Origin: Candidatus Undinarchaeota archaeon
Lineage (GTDB): Archaea > SpSt-1190 > JASMDC01
DNA length: 64,000 bases
Direction: 5' to 3'
Assembly: GCA_964519305.1 (NCBI GenBank)
Contig: CAZFHY010000011.1
Span: 32,001 to 96,000, forward strand
In this document: positions 38,101 to 45,622 of the stretch, piece after piece
Layout of the letters: every line of letters begins with the position of its first letter
Position numbering within the stretch: the first letter of the stretch is position 1
Translations under genes and position numbers: made by a program
The notes under the pieces: model-generated
What the model saw: only the letters and a program-made list of their open reading frames with translations
What the model was told of the DNA's origin: nothing
Database searches by the model: none

Positions 38101-41100
38101 ATCGGTGTAGCATCCCGTTTGACAGCAGATACCCGGGGTTCCCGGACCTTCATAGCACTCCATCCAGACGTTGTTGCAAGTATTGACGCAATCCTTCGTC
38201 GCACCGAAGCAGAAGTTCGGGGTTCCGCAGCATTGACCGCCGCAGGCCGTTCCCTTGGTACCGGGGTACTGGACGTAGCACTGTGATGGAGATGTGAGCC
38301 CGCCGTTGCACAGTCTGGGGTCCACGCCGCAGATGTTGTTGGCACAGTCCAGGCTCTTCTCGCATGTCTGAGTCTCCTTGAGCTTGCAGAAGCCATCTGT
38401 ACACTGATAGTTCTCCTGGCAGTAGCAGTCACTTGCGCACGCTGCACCAAGGCCCTGGCGGACGCGACAATCGTTGTCGCAGCACCAACCTGTGAAACCA
38501 TCGCCCTCGCATGCCGAGCCCGCGTTCCCCGCGGCACATGCACCGCACTTATAGGTACCGCCATCGCTGATGCACAGGCCAGAGGAGCACTGGGAGAAGG
38601 ATGTACATGCCTGGCCGTTCTTGTACAGGCACTCGTTCCCAGTGCACGAGTACTCGGCCTTGCACTGACAGTCTGCGTTGCATGTGGCGAACAGCCCTCC
38701 CCGCTCATCGAGCGTGAAACACCCGTTCTGACAGCATACGCCCTCGGTGCCGGCCCCTTCGTAGCAGGTCGCGCCGACCACTCCACAGAGCACTACGCAC
38801 TGGTCGTTGAAACAGAACGAAGGGAGCCCACAACACTTGTTCTGGCATACGGTTCCTTTGGTGGGATCGTCCACGAAGCACTGGTTCGGACTGACAAGTG
38901 CTCCGTTGCATACGCCATCAAGGCTGCATAGCTTCTGGGAACAGTCGTCGCTCTGAGTGCAGCTCCTGCCCTCCTTGAGCTTGCACTTCTTTCCCGCGTC
39001 CGTATCCGTGCAGCCGAAGGCTTCGCCGCAGTTGCAGTTCTGGGCGCATGCTCCGTCCTGGCCGACCGGAGCGGTACAAGCGCCGGCGCAGCACCAACCA
39101 GTGACACCATCAGCGGTGCAGTTGAAGCTAGTGTCCTTTCCGGCACAACCCCCGCAAACGTAGGCACCGCCCGCGGTACCCATGACACACACACCACTGG
39201 AGCACTGGGACCATGTGGTGCAGGCCTCGCCATCCTCCTTCTTGCACTTGTTCCCCTCGCAACGGAGACCCTCATCGCATTCGCAATGGTCAGTACAGTC
39301 CTCATCGAGCCCCAGAGGGGCGATGCACTGGTTGAGGCAGCACCGGCCGGTGGCGGTCTCCGATTTACATGCATAGGTCAGGTCCTTCCCCTCACAAGTG
39401 CCGCAGGTGTAATCACCGCCCGGGGTTCCTTGGACACACACACCGCTGGCACACTCCGACCAGAGCGTGCACGGGCCGCCCACCTCCTTCTTGCACTTCT
39501 TGTTGGCCTCCGGGCCCGTGCATATGAGACCTCCGGTGCACTGACATGTGACCGCGCAGGCATCGCCCGAAGGCAACCGCTCCACTTCGCGAACGCAACC
39601 GTCGTTGCAGCACTTTCCCTCTTGGCCGCCCTGGGATCCCACGGTCTTGTAGCAGGTCGCCCCTCCCGTCGCGCATCCCGTCCCGCAGATGTCAGGCTCT
39701 GTGCCTGTATCGCAGACAGTGGCACAACATGCGCCAGCGCACACGGTACCTGATGGATTTCCAGTGAGCATGCATTTGGATCCGGTGGCGGGGGTACTAC
39801 AGAGCCCGCTCGCGTCACAGAGTGCGGAGGAACACTGACCGCTATCAGTGCAGGCCTGTCCGTTGACCTTTCTGCAGGTCTTGCTACCTTCCTCACCGGC
39901 ACATTCGGTGTTCTCGACGCACTGACAGTCGGCCGTGCAGGCCGTGCCTACATCACCGGGGGCCGAACATGTGTTCGCACAGCACCGTCCGTCTGCGACC
40001 CCGTTGGCGATACATGATGTCCCGTCGTTCCCTGTGCACGATCCGCAGGTGCCGTCAACACATACGCTGTTGGCGCATTCGGACCAGGTCGTACAGTCCT
40101 GACCGTCCACCCGCTTACACTTGGTGCCCGAGCACTCGAAGTTTGCCAGACAATGGCAGTCCTGCGTACATCCACCATCGAGACCCGTGGGGGCGATGCA
40201 CTGGTCGTTACAGCACCATCCTGTGATGCCCTCGGCCTTGCAGGAGAAGGTCGCGTCCTTGGCCAGACAGGTGCCGCAAACGTAATTACCGCCCGCGGTC
40301 TGTTGGACGCACACGACGCTGGCGCACTCGTCCCAGGCGGTGCAGGGTTCACCGGCAGCAAGTCGGCAGGTCTTACTACCCTCCGGGCCACCGCATGCGA
40401 GCCCGTCCTGGCACTCGCATGTCTCGGTGCATGATACGCCTGCATCCTTTCTTTCGGCTTCACGGACACATTGATCATTGCAGCATGTCCCCTGCTGACC
40501 ACCTTGTCCTCCGGCAGTCTCGTAGCAGGTCTCTCCAGCTGTGGCACAGGCGGCATCACATGTGTCGGGTTCAGTGCCCGTGTCGCAGATGTTGCTGCAG
40601 CACGCTTCATTGCACACCGAACCGGTCGGATTCCCTGAGAGCAGGCAGGCGGCTCCGGTCGCAGGCGTACCACAGAGGCCCGTTGCTGCACAGCGCTTTG
40701 AAGCGCACTGGCCGCTATCGGTGCACGTCTGTCCAGCCTCCTTCTTACAGCCGTCGTCGGTGCACTCCAGATTTGTATCGCACTTGCAGGCCACACCTCC
40801 GCAGTCACCATCAAGGGCGAGAGGGGCGACACATGTGTCCTGACAACACCACCCTGCGGCCACACCTTCCTTTGTACAGGCCGTGAGATCGTCCTTGTCG
40901 GTGCAGGTGTCACAGGTTCCGTCCACGCACACACCGCTAGCGCACTCTGTCCCGGCCGTGCAGACCTGACCATTGGCCTTCAGGCACTTCTTTGAACCTT
41001 CGTCCCCAACGCAGTCCAGGTTCTCCTGACAGTGGCAATTCAATGTACAGGAGCCTCCCGCCGCTTCGAGGACGACACATTCGCCATTGCACAGGGAATA

Positions 41101-41556
41101 GCCGTCCTCGCAGGTGGTAGTGGAGCATGCGTTTTCTTCACAGAGGAAATGGGAGCAATCCGCTGCCGCGCAGCACTCACCACCAGCTACCCAGGCCGTA
41201 TCGCAGCACACGCCCCCGGTCTTTGCCTTGCATCCATGGCCGTTGTCGCACTCCTGACAGTCGTTGCACGTCACATCGATGCATATCTTGTCTGAGCAGG
41301 TCTTGCAGTTATCGCATTCATCATCGGAACAGCAGTCCTTCCCAGCGAACCAGAATCCCATACAGCATATGCCGCCGGTCTTGTCCACGCATGCGTGGTC
41401 CACGAGGTCCTGGCAGGGGGTGCACACGAGGTCGACGCAGTTACCGCCCTCACAGCTAGCGTCGGCGTCACAATCATCGTTGGTGGTACACGCGGCGGAT
41501 AAACCTATAACTAAGAAAAGCACGAGCACTATGATTGTCCGTGCGGAGAGTCTCAT
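29164..41556 (-). CDS. Giant (4130 aa) Cys-rich repetitive surface protein with C-terminal TM anchor
   Basis: Signal peptide; thousands of residues of Cys repeats; two thrombospondin-type-3-like motifs (DYDNDEFADDKDPCP, DRDMDGMPDSEDPCP); an Ig-like domain (VKNTG); TM (FIEVIVIIGALFLAV-KRR); Q/G/Y/W-rich tail. Confidence 0.95.
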   Translation of the reverse strand: MRLSARTIIVLVLFLVIGLSAACTTNDDCDADASCEGGNCVDLVCTPCQDLVDHACVDKTGGICCMGFWFAGKDCCSDDECDNCKTCSDKICIDVTCNDCQECDNGHGCKAKTGGVCCDTAWVAGGECCAAADCSHFLCEENACSTTTCEDGYSLCNGECVVLEAAGGSCTLNCHCQENLDCVGDEGSKKCLKANGQVCTAGTECASGVCVDGTCDTCTDKDDLTACTKEGVAAGWCCQDTCVAPLALDGDCGGVACKCDTNLECTDDGCKKEAGQTCTDSGQCASKRCAATGLCGTPATGAACLLSGNPTGSVCNEACCSNICDTGTEPDTCDAACATAGETCYETAGGQGGQQGTCCNDQCVREAERKDAGVSCTETCECQDGLACGGPEGSKTCRLAAGEPCTAWDECASVVCVQQTAGGNYVCGTCLAKDATFSCKAEGITGWCCNDQCIAPTGLDGGCTQDCHCLANFECSGTKCKRVDGQDCTTWSECANSVCVDGTCGSCTGNDGTSCIANGVADGRCCANTCSAPGDVGTACTADCQCVENTECAGEEGSKTCRKVNGQACTDSGQCSSALCDASGLCSTPATGSKCMLTGNPSGTVCAGACCATVCDTGTEPDICGTGCATGGATCYKTVGSQGGQEGKCCNDGCVREVERLPSGDACAVTCQCTGGLICTGPEANKKCKKEVGGPCTLWSECASGVCVQGTPGGDYTCGTCEGKDLTYACKSETATGRCCLNQCIAPLGLDEDCTDHCECDEGLRCEGNKCKKEDGEACTTWSQCSSGVCVMGTAGGAYVCGGCAGKDTSFNCTADGVTGWCCAGACTAPVGQDGACAQNCNCGEAFGCTDTDAGKKCKLKEGRSCTQSDDCSQKLCSLDGVCNGALVSPNQCFVDDPTKGTVCQNKCCGLPSFCFNDQCVVLCGVVGATCYEGAGTEGVCCQNGCFTLDERGGLFATCNADCQCKAEYSCTGNECLYKNGQACTSFSQCSSGLCISDGGTYKCGACAAGNAGSACEGDGFTGWCCDNDCRVRQGLGAACASDCYCQENYQCTDGFCKLKETQTCEKSLDCANNICGVDPRLCNGGLTSPSQCYVQYPGTKGTACGGQCCGTPNFCFGATKDCVNTCNNVWMECYEGPGTPGICCQTGCYTDDERKSLDGTCAADCQCKGDYVCTLLACKLKDDRTCSAGNQCASSVCIEMTQDSYKCGTCGAGTTKKECSAGALTGWCCGAECVEPKGQDGSCTADCHCQNNYLCVGAAGNKKCKKVDGQTCTSWGQCVSGVCVDGTCGACGGNDFTTCNREGVDDGWCCGAQCVDPQGQDAECTSDCHCETTMQCVGAEGNQRCKLKIGQTCTDSAQCSSEICDAAGICGTPTTGSKCMLGGNPTGSVCNDVCCANICNTGATPYTCDAGCANAGATCYESAGGQGGLQGKCCNNKCVRQAEKLPLGQVCQETCECDDTAQLECTGGVCKTKSGQPCTLGNQCGSNVCVDGLCGDCTQDKVSCQSGNTQSGWCCNGACVDAVPLNGVCIANCNCQGDTELSCSFGIGLCKLTGGQTCSRSTDCDSKVCSAGGASCATNPGQGDLCKVDTNTDGLVCHSECCDGYCDSDSDVCNDCGLGHACMKLVSGVKKYGSCCADQCFLTTDRKGYEKACQEHCECGANLECAVATDHLCRMAAGQGCTNGTACASGACVGGICGTCVGKTDISTGCMTPTFSDGWCCAGACVSPKETGEDCVQNCECKVGMQCAGNKCKKDDGESCTDSGQCASGICRTDGTCGPDDTGDICKIAGANIGTVCGSVCCNAICDVGLNLCSTNTCVEDHVCYENQGTQGSCCADACYTPGELLLLDAACVKSCQCQNTLACTDTAGGDKCKLKDGQTCTGGSECSSGVCVAGTCGTCAGKVITTTCKTAAILDGWCCEGACVSHGALDAGCAADCQCQDQYACTGLLCKLRNGQDCIHGEDCASSVCVNDVCGTCVGKGKTNTCDTQTVANGWCCADECVSPGELGDACTENCQCKDQFLCTGFQCKRKEGQACTSGAQCASDVCVQQTAGGNYVCGTCGGKSVETQCKTGTVDDGWCCSGGCNRHKGQDEGCTVDCNCDPIYTCKDNRCKKKDGQACTTAGECAVGQCVAGTCRTCTGIVDFTSCASTSVTSGKCCNNICSAPKGLGEGCTFTCQCGANMECIGGVCKKAAGQPCTSGDQCGTGLCVGAPGESICGTCNTDDFTPCKTVTISDGWCCAGQCAAPQALDGPCDSYCQCHQNFACTETGIGKKCKLKKGQTCTLSTDCTSGVCLTNGQCDQAAVGTSCKITAGIEGSVCGNSWAWDTCCAKICDAGTTQCAMTCTEGNTCYEGAGIQGECCTSTCITALEKGGLNAPCGKDCVCDQTSFTCIDTYGAATVDTCKKVNGQECESGRDCASKVCVDGTCGTCMGMLAKTPCSTDVLAQGWCCNNQCIYAKPINSPCQRDCECNVGMECHNGLCKLAAGETCTSAALCASGQCVSSGIYTCGTCSVDGVGCLDENGVIKQCCSSLCNVGWKGVTEPCGNDCECATNMKCAGNPRTCKYVDGQPCTHGNQCQSGFCVDKTGNNGWRCGTCDAAEDNGNKIIDTQGGTGVCCVGNHCTPICRDSDANGQVDACNSCEGIAQGSLCYTVAGEGECCNNKCYTSKLPSGQSCQKDCECEAGFCDRNTHLCTDLAGEGALCISDADCQSGLTCIDTDGNGRLDKCSTCNKHGSKKCQEDILSGYCCGGTCKGMLYLSWFPEAECGENPCDGQVKCIAGDWKCNTAGQYKCFQDQSSTCTQTGIFNTGQATNCVPYKCDGTTGKCRTTCISNEHCLTSYSCIDLTTDGVPEACDTCTGHEASVCDLGGKTGFCCGDACKAPPVMEWTPANRCGEQDCNGAVKCEDDSWVCDTYGDPVCSPDLTLRGQCSNVGTFSSLGDCSPYTCNPTVGQCRTACASSVDCQTQFPCIDIDGQTGLDRCASCSAFGAAACEHKGTIGYCCGNGCESMSSDQWNPGGGCGLNQCDGGKVTCRESEWLCDTFERHVCNNERTRTTQCSKLGEYDIPTENSCGSYVCDPTVGTCMTGCSSDIHCTSQCCVLGSCVEKKTKNEGESCEKDCECGGNSVCDPGTKKCSKAVTCPNGQVRNCDASKPICVDDPLKDWLCKPECIPDEAPCVTETVRGFCCKGQCISPRPGFFPGKDCGRLDCGGNVGCNLGSGDLTCNSFGSICCDSDAPGKCNEVGDCQATNPPCANQCGGGGSRTFLNYTCHTGLCEAVSSDCSEILFQCNAERGCVECLDDTHCEDQCQRYSFLNYTCQNHKCEILGADIQDCSTGGSNQICQLPTGCLQCISTEQCQAQYGANYACDFQTLGCKVAKCFKDENCPYTCEQNIYRGQSCDNYVCQDKPEQDCKSEGGICTRKGCVACTSDVNCTLTYGTEFGCKAGRCEMLCGNGKCDEGEDCNDCPQDCQCKETETCDPTTTWEHGCAPDYDNDEFADDKDPCPRDPKNACKPCQGDKDCTDMCHQNAHIEFSCQISVCTPGTEVSCAEMGLICDPAARCVRCGNMTDSNKACKTAFEFTYICADDRCLPDRDMDGMPDSEDPCPTDPTNACTAECPNEVCEATEDCNTCPEDCGCDDGNPCSVDRCILGQCIYEGSDCGSACETGVCDGDSECMVRSSGGGDCFCEGMCEKGYTCDHSQKCAKAECGDGKCQNECGQCPQDCSIKDCLNNGVCDTSMGENCAIAPKDCSCMPGFTCDAQRPESNEIGCYRVACGDTFCDSPDETAGTCCVDCECPGDQKCDPETNSCRGGCGDGECEAATECESCRVDCTPDDCIDRRCAPGIGENCRNSADCICDAEIESEPTIDMIEKQTKLLSFTVKNTGSLRDAFDITLESDPTMVGLAWIKRLKVNIDVNATFPLSVDVQGQIPGSHVLIINAIPRGLPNKTIIRKVVVTVEQESVLEQIGVLANIKDFIEVIVIIGALFLAVKRRFFPGKAIPVSTAAAWQQQQQGNYMANQYYGGGGYYGQSGAWRATPANNMQWGGQAGGWGQGQVTQAPTQQTAPPPKKEEPKEELSDAASGLHPGSVSGPSTAGKGLHPGSEAPAPKAKAKKTEEEEDLDYRGFHP
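33400..41100 (-). repeat. Degenerate tandem protein repeats (about 55-65 aa) inside the giant gene
   Basis: Recurring KxxGQxCTxxxxCxSxxCVxGxCGxC...GWCC unit (at least a dozen GWCC copies counted by eye), alternating with a CYExxGxxGxCC unit. Boundaries are approximate. Confidence 0.85.
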
Positions 41557-42851
41557 TCTATCATCTGCCGTGCCCTCTGGACACGCTCGAGGGCAGTCTC
41601 TAATCGTTGCAGACCTTCTGACAGCGCACCCCCCTGTACCAGCTCGACGCCCTGTGAGAGGTCGGTCTTGACCTCGTCCAATAAGAATAGCATTCGGGTA
41701 CTATTTAAGGGTTCCGACGCGGCACTGCGTTCTTCATCAATCCATGCTCGCCGACCTGACGGGCTGATCTCGGCCCAGCGTTCCCAGCGCGACCGGCCCC
41801 GCTCACGCCACCCTTCCTCCCATGCTTCTGTGAACTTGCCCTCGTGCGCGAGCATATCGAAGACAGCGGGATCCGTGAGGCGGTCACGCAGCCATCCTAG
41901 ATGCCATGTTTCGTCAACAGGGATCCGTTTCGAGGCCGCGCTCCAAGCAGGAAGGTCCTCCAGTGCATGTCCCGCGGAAGCGCCGGCGGGATCATCCACA
42001 ACTTCCCTGCGTACGAGGGGCCCGACACCTCTACCGCCCACTGTTGCCTCCTCGATCCCACCCATGACGGTTGTGTAGGCCGTCTCCGTTCCATCCATGC
42101 TCCCGACCACCACTACTTCCGAAAGATGTCCGGCCAAGGATGCGAGCTGAGGGGCATCGTTGCAGTGGAGGTACATCATATCGTCGACCGGACGTACGGG
42201 GAGTGATAGCGAGGACGAAGTCACGGGATCGCAATAGAGGACTGCACGCGTCCCCTCGAGTGTGGGTGACAGTGTTGTAAGGGTGCTGCCACATAGACCG
42301 AGAGTGAGGTCGATATCGGGGGCGAACACTGCCGATGGTTCTAGCCGTCGAACCTCGCTCGCAACCGCAGCTGTAAGATGACCGGGAACTATGAGAAGTG
42401 GAGCGGAACTAAGGCCCCGCGCCCTGATTATCGACACAAGGTCGTCCTGACGAACGATGGACACCGTGTCCGAACTCCCCCAGAAGAACCGTGACACCTC
42501 TAAAGAAGTACCCGTGGCCGTAGCGCCCCATAAGCGGACGGTGCGCGCATGAGCTGCGAGATCCACCTCTAGGGCGGGCGGGAGCACCGCAGGGCCCCCC
42601 ACGAGCACCACCAGACGGGGCTTCATCTGCTCGAGAACGCTCAGGGAATGGGACCCAAGTCTACCGTCCGTTGCGAGCACGGGCGCACCCACAATGCGGG
42701 CCGCTTGGGCTGCAAGAGCACAGTCAAAGTGAGTGGTGGTCGAACAGATGAGGGCAGTGTCCACTTGTGGCCCGACCTGGCTCCCTATACCAGCAAGCGT
42801 GGTGCTGAGGAGCAGGAAAACGATACATATGGCTGTGAATACCCGGGTCAT
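41553..42851 (-). CDS. Secreted protein with cell-wall-binding-2-like repeats
   Basis: Signal peptide; AP.L.T, VVLVGGPAVL, VRLWGA...GTSLEV, APLLIV and VVVVG. ATGA overlaps with both neighbours. Confidence 0.75.
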   Translation of the reverse strand: MTRVFTAICIVFLLLSTTLAGIGSQVGPQVDTALICSTTTHFDCALAAQAARIVGAPVLATDGRLGSHSLSVLEQMKPRLVVLVGGPAVLPPALEVDLAAHARTVRLWGATATGTSLEVSRFFWGSSDTVSIVRQDDLVSIIRARGLSSAPLLIVPGHLTAAVASEVRRLEPSAVFAPDIDLTLGLCGSTLTTLSPTLEGTRAVLYCDPVTSSSLSLPVRPVDDMMYLHCNDAPQLASLAGHLSEVVVVGSMDGTETAYTTVMGGIEEATVGGRGVGPLVRREVVDDPAGASAGHALEDLPAWSAASKRIPVDETWHLGWLRDRLTDPAVFDMLAHEGKFTEAWEEGWRERGRSRWERWAEISPSGRRAWIDEERSAASEPLNSTRMLFLLDEVKTDLSQGVELVQGGALSEGLQRLETALERVQRARQMIE

Positions 42852-43813
42852 CGCCCGAGCGCCCCCCGCTTGAGGATGACGCGGTTGGTCTTACCGACAG
42901 GGGAACGGGAAATGATGTCGCGCCCCTCCAGGCCTGAGAGGATTCGGCTGAGCTTGGCCTTGGAGAAGTCCGTGGTCCGTTGGAGCTCCTTCTGAAGAGG
43001 GGGTTCGTCTGCTGCTAGGAGGGCCTCTATGACGATGCGCTCATTGTCCTCCATAACTGACAGGATCTCCTCTTCCCGCACTTCTTCCTCATGGTGCAGC
43101 TGTCGCACTCCGACCGAGTAGCCGAGGACGAAGAACACGACAGCCAAGCCGACCGCTATGGGCGTTTGGTCGGTCGGGGGTGGAGCGGGTCCCGTGGTGG
43201 GGCCTCGGGCTGCCTTCTCGAATCCTACGTAGAAGGTCATCTCCTCGCCCGGTTCAAGGCCCCCCCGTCGCCATTCGAACGAGAGTTGTCGACCGTCCGT
43301 ACGCACGATCGCGTTAGGGTAGAGCACTGGCCGGGCCTGGGACGCTCGCCGCTGGAGGCTGACGGGCAGTACGAAGCCCTCCGGTAGGTGGGCGACGAGC
43401 TTGAAATCGAGCACCGGGTCCTCCGCTCTGTATGTCAAGGAGAAGTCCATCCCTTCTTCTACACTCCGCACGAGCTCACTCGTGCTGAACCTAAGACTGA
43501 TGTTCACGATTCCCTCAGGAGCCAGTGGTTGCCTGAAAGGGATGACGACCTCCTTGGTGTTCCATGGCCCATCACGCACTGAATATGTGATGTTCCCCTG
43601 GGCGTCGAATACCTCCAGATCCCTCATACCGCCCCACAGCGAGAACGTCGTGGAGTCGAGTGGCGCACCAGCAGTGTTCTCCCCTACGATATCGATACGC
43701 TCTACACATGTCCCGTCTGGAGCGATTTCGATGTCGATGTAAAGTGAGTGGAAATACATATCGGCCAAGGAGGGAGCAAGCAGGAGGAACGCCACGAGAG
43801 GCCAGATTCGCAT
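42848..43813 (-). CDS. Membrane-anchored winged-helix protein with extracellular beta domain (COG2512-type)
   Basis: Signal peptide, a beta-rich ectodomain of about 190 aa, TM, then ERIVIEAL...LQKELQRTTDFSKAKLSRILSGLEGRDIISRSPVGKTNRV. Confidence 0.85.
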   Translation of the reverse strand: MRIWPLVAFLLLAPSLADMYFHSLYIDIEIAPDGTCVERIDIVGENTAGAPLDSTTFSLWGGMRDLEVFDAQGNITYSVRDGPWNTKEVVIPFRQPLAPEGIVNISLRFSTSELVRSVEEGMDFSLTYRAEDPVLDFKLVAHLPEGFVLPVSLQRRASQARPVLYPNAIVRTDGRQLSFEWRRGGLEPGEEMTFYVGFEKAARGPTTGPAPPPTDQTPIAVGLAVVFFVLGYSVGVRQLHHEEEVREEEILSVMEDNERIVIEALLAADEPPLQKELQRTTDFSKAKLSRILSGLEGRDIISRSPVGKTNRVILKRGALGR

Positions 43814-43857
43814 TGCCTCGGCGGAACGCGTCCATACTTTTTATTTATATACCAGCG

Positions 43858-45210
43858 CTATCGACGCTGCCAAGCGCCACCTTGCTGTCCTTGCTGTGGC
43901 CAGCGATCCCATCCCGGTGCCGCCCGGTACATCCCGGGAGCGCGCCCATATGCTTGTGGTGGCTGCCCCCATTGCTGCTGGCCGGGGGGCGGCTTAACGT
44001 CTTCACTCTTACTCTTGTCAAGGTAATAGGTCTTGACGAGGTATACGCCCAGAAGGGGCAGGAGCACTATCTCGAGAGCATCGTAGATGTTCTTGATATA
44101 CATGATATAGCTGAAGAATGTCTTAGTGAGGATGTACTCGAAGATGCCCATAGGGGAAACCGTAATGGTATACTTCGTCGCAAAAAGCTCTTGGGCCTGA
44201 TCCGATCGTATTTTTATGATGATATCGCTCGGTTCTTGCTCCCGTCCGGCGAGGTAGGGGGCGATCAGGTCAACCCTGAACTGTTCCAAATCACCGGGTT
44301 CCATAGGTTTGATCTGCTTGTACCAGTTCTTCATACCGAACGAGCCATTGATGATGTCCACTACGTAGCTGTCGGTGATGTTGCCTGCGTTCTCCACATC
44401 GAAGTAGAACACATGCTCCTCGCCCTCCTGGATCTCTACGTTCGTGTGGGGGAACTTGACAGAGGGAAGGCAAACACAGTCCTCCGTGTTCCGGCAGTTC
44501 TCACCGATGCTTGGGACACAGGCCGTGTCGTTACATCCTTCAGGGGTACAGTCCAGGGAGCATGAGAGACATTCGGCAGGTTCGCAAGTCCCGTCACCGC
44601 ACCGAAGGATGCAGCGGTGTAGCGTCGAGTTGCAGGCCTCATCGGGATTATCGCAGCCACAGTCCTCACAGCACGATCCCGATGTCTCGAAGGGTTTCTC
44701 GCACTTCCCGTCACCGCACTCTATCTCATAGCAACCCCGCTCGTCGGCCCGTTCGTGGTTCGGATCGCAGTAGCGATCGAAACAGGGGCAGTCGGTCGGG
44801 ACATTGTCACAGTTCTCACCGAGCTTGACGTCGCATACACGGTTGTTCTTACATGTGTCCTTTGAACAGTCATCGTCACAGAGGCCACACTCATGCTCGC
44901 ACTTCCCGTCGGGGCACACGGAGGCCGTGCATTTGGTATACTTGCAGTGGTGACCCAGTTGGCACATGGAGTCGCAAAGGCAATAACCTCCGTCTCCCGG
45001 GATAACTGAGACACAACCCTTCTCTCCGTTGCACACCTTACCGTCACCGCAAGGGAATCCACAACCTATGGCGTTTAAGACGCAGGACCCGGACCGACAG
45101 AGCGACTTGGTACAGGGATTGTCGTCAATGCATTCAAGGTCGGTCTGACATCCGGCGGCCAGGACGAGTAGCAGGCCAATCAGGACTCCTAGGGTGCGTG
45201 CGGTGGGGAT
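43858..45210 (-). CDS. Cys-rich membrane protein, short paralog of the giant protein's C-terminus
   Basis: The frame is open upstream of the track start (45036) through a signal peptide IPTARTLGVLIGLLLVLAAGC to a TGA at 45217-45219. It is collinear with the last ~550 aa of the giant. TM and Q/G/W/P tail. The start codon is unresolved (see findings). Confidence 0.85.
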   Translation of the reverse strand: MPTARTLGVLIGLLLVLAAGCQTDLECIDDNPCTKSLCRSGSCVLNAIGCGFPCGDGKVCNGEKGCVSVIPGDGGYCLCDSMCQLGHHCKYTKCTASVCPDGKCEHECGLCDDDCSKDTCKNNRVCDVKLGENCDNVPTDCPCFDRYCDPNHERADERGCYEIECGDGKCEKPFETSGSCCEDCGCDNPDEACNSTLHRCILRCGDGTCEPAECLSCSLDCTPEGCNDTACVPSIGENCRNTEDCVCLPSVKFPHTNVEIQEGEEHVFYFDVENAGNITDSYVVDIINGSFGMKNWYKQIKPMEPGDLEQFRVDLIAPYLAGREQEPSDIIIKIRSDQAQELFATKYTITVSPMGIFEYILTKTFFSYIMYIKNIYDALEIVLLPLLGVYLVKTYYLDKSKSEDVKPPPGQQQWGQPPQAYGRAPGMYRAAPGWDRWPQQGQQGGAWQRR

Positions 45211-45239
45211 GTGACGTCACCTCGCGGCGCCGCAGACCT

Positions 45240-45569
45240 TCATTTTCCGTTGTCCTTTCGTCGAGAGAGGATCTCGAGCCCGGCATTGATGCCCATAAGG
45301 AGCTCGTTTATCTCGTGGGGGTCCGTCGTCGCCTCCAGCCTAGCTATGAGTTCATTGATTTTATAGCTAACGATACGGTCGAGCGGCCGAGCTTCCCCCT
45401 TCTTCTCATCCGACACCCCCAGTTTCGAGCAACGGGGACAGATGACCTTGCCCTTCACCTTGAAGAGGGGTGAACCACAAGAGGGGCAATGCTTGGAGAG
45501 CATCTTGCCTCCAGATAGAAGGAGTGCGGTCATTTCCTTGAGCGGGTCTTCCTCCTCCATCGTGCTCAC
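45240..45569 (-). CDS. UPF0148/autoantigen-p27-like Zn-finger protein
   Basis: LLSGGKMLSKHCPSCGSPLF...ICPRC. Confidence 0.88.
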   Translation of the reverse strand: MSTMEEEDPLKEMTALLLSGGKMLSKHCPSCGSPLFKVKGKVICPRCSKLGVSDEKKGEARPLDRIVSYKINELIARLEATTDPHEINELLMGINAGLEILSRRKDNGK

Positions 45570-45622
45570 TGGACCGCTCCTAAAGCCGATGGCTTAAGAA
45601 TGTTAGCCCCTTCGTATTTTCA

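Noticed and set aside
33400-41100. CRISPR array or DNA-level tandem repeat
   Set aside because: The repeats are degenerate and codon-phased, with no identical repeat-spacer structure. No cas genes are in the window.
29943-41459. Dozens of alternative-frame and antisense ORFs inside the giant gene (e.g. 34695-35795, 39948-40973)
   Set aside because: These are shadows of GC-rich, Cys-codon-repetitive DNA. They give Ala/Arg/Ser/Thr-rich translations with no motifs.
45217-45219. Selenocysteine or readthrough at the TGA upstream of the Cys-rich paralog
   Set aside because: The TGA precedes the signal peptide and is part of the SD. It does not align with a Cys position, and no SECIS-like evidence was seen.
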